Source: Candidatus Undinarchaeota archaeon (lineage in GTDB: Archaea; SpSt-1190). Taken from it: a stretch of 14,286 nucleotides of DNA. Positions 14,251 through 14,286 of this stretch are shown piece by piece. Under the pieces are notes generated by a model, which ran no database searches, was not told the origin of the DNA, and was given only the letters and a program-made list of their open reading frames with translations. The stretch lies in NCBI GenBank assembly GCA_964449215.1, contig CAYVAH010000020.1:1-14286 (forward strand), written 5' to 3'. Both the position numbers and the translations under genes were made by a program. Within the stretch, counting starts at the first letter, position 1. Each line of letters starts with the position of its first letter.

Positions 14251-14286
14251 CTTTGCAAGGAGCCCGACCCGAAGGGGAGGGCGACG

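Overview
Gene-dense archaeal chromosomal window, GC-rich by eye. The gene content suggests a DPANN-type lineage (inference only). On the + strand: the 3' part of a large cysteine-rich membrane-anchored surface protein that runs off the left edge, a small coiled-coil protein, tyrosyl-tRNA synthetase, a HExxH metallopeptidase-like ORF and a 63-aa ORF. On the - strand: an aromatic-amino-acid-type permease, ADP-forming acetate-CoA ligase alpha subunit, Cdc48, TBP, and an overlapping run glmU-like > yvcK/glmR > HAD > dph2. Divergent from glmU lies an archaeal SRP RNA gene (13841-14112), followed by a structured non-coding tail. Two observations stand out. (1) The SRP RNA folds with an Alu domain and helices 5 and 8 but has no helix 6, the SRP19 site. 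(2) The GlmU-like protein appears to have lost the metal-binding Asp residues of its uridylyltransferase domain while keeping the acetyltransferase motifs, and it is translationally coupled to a YvcK/GlmR-family gene, which suggests a split UDP-GlcNAc pathway. All calls come from reading the sequence by hand; no searches were run.
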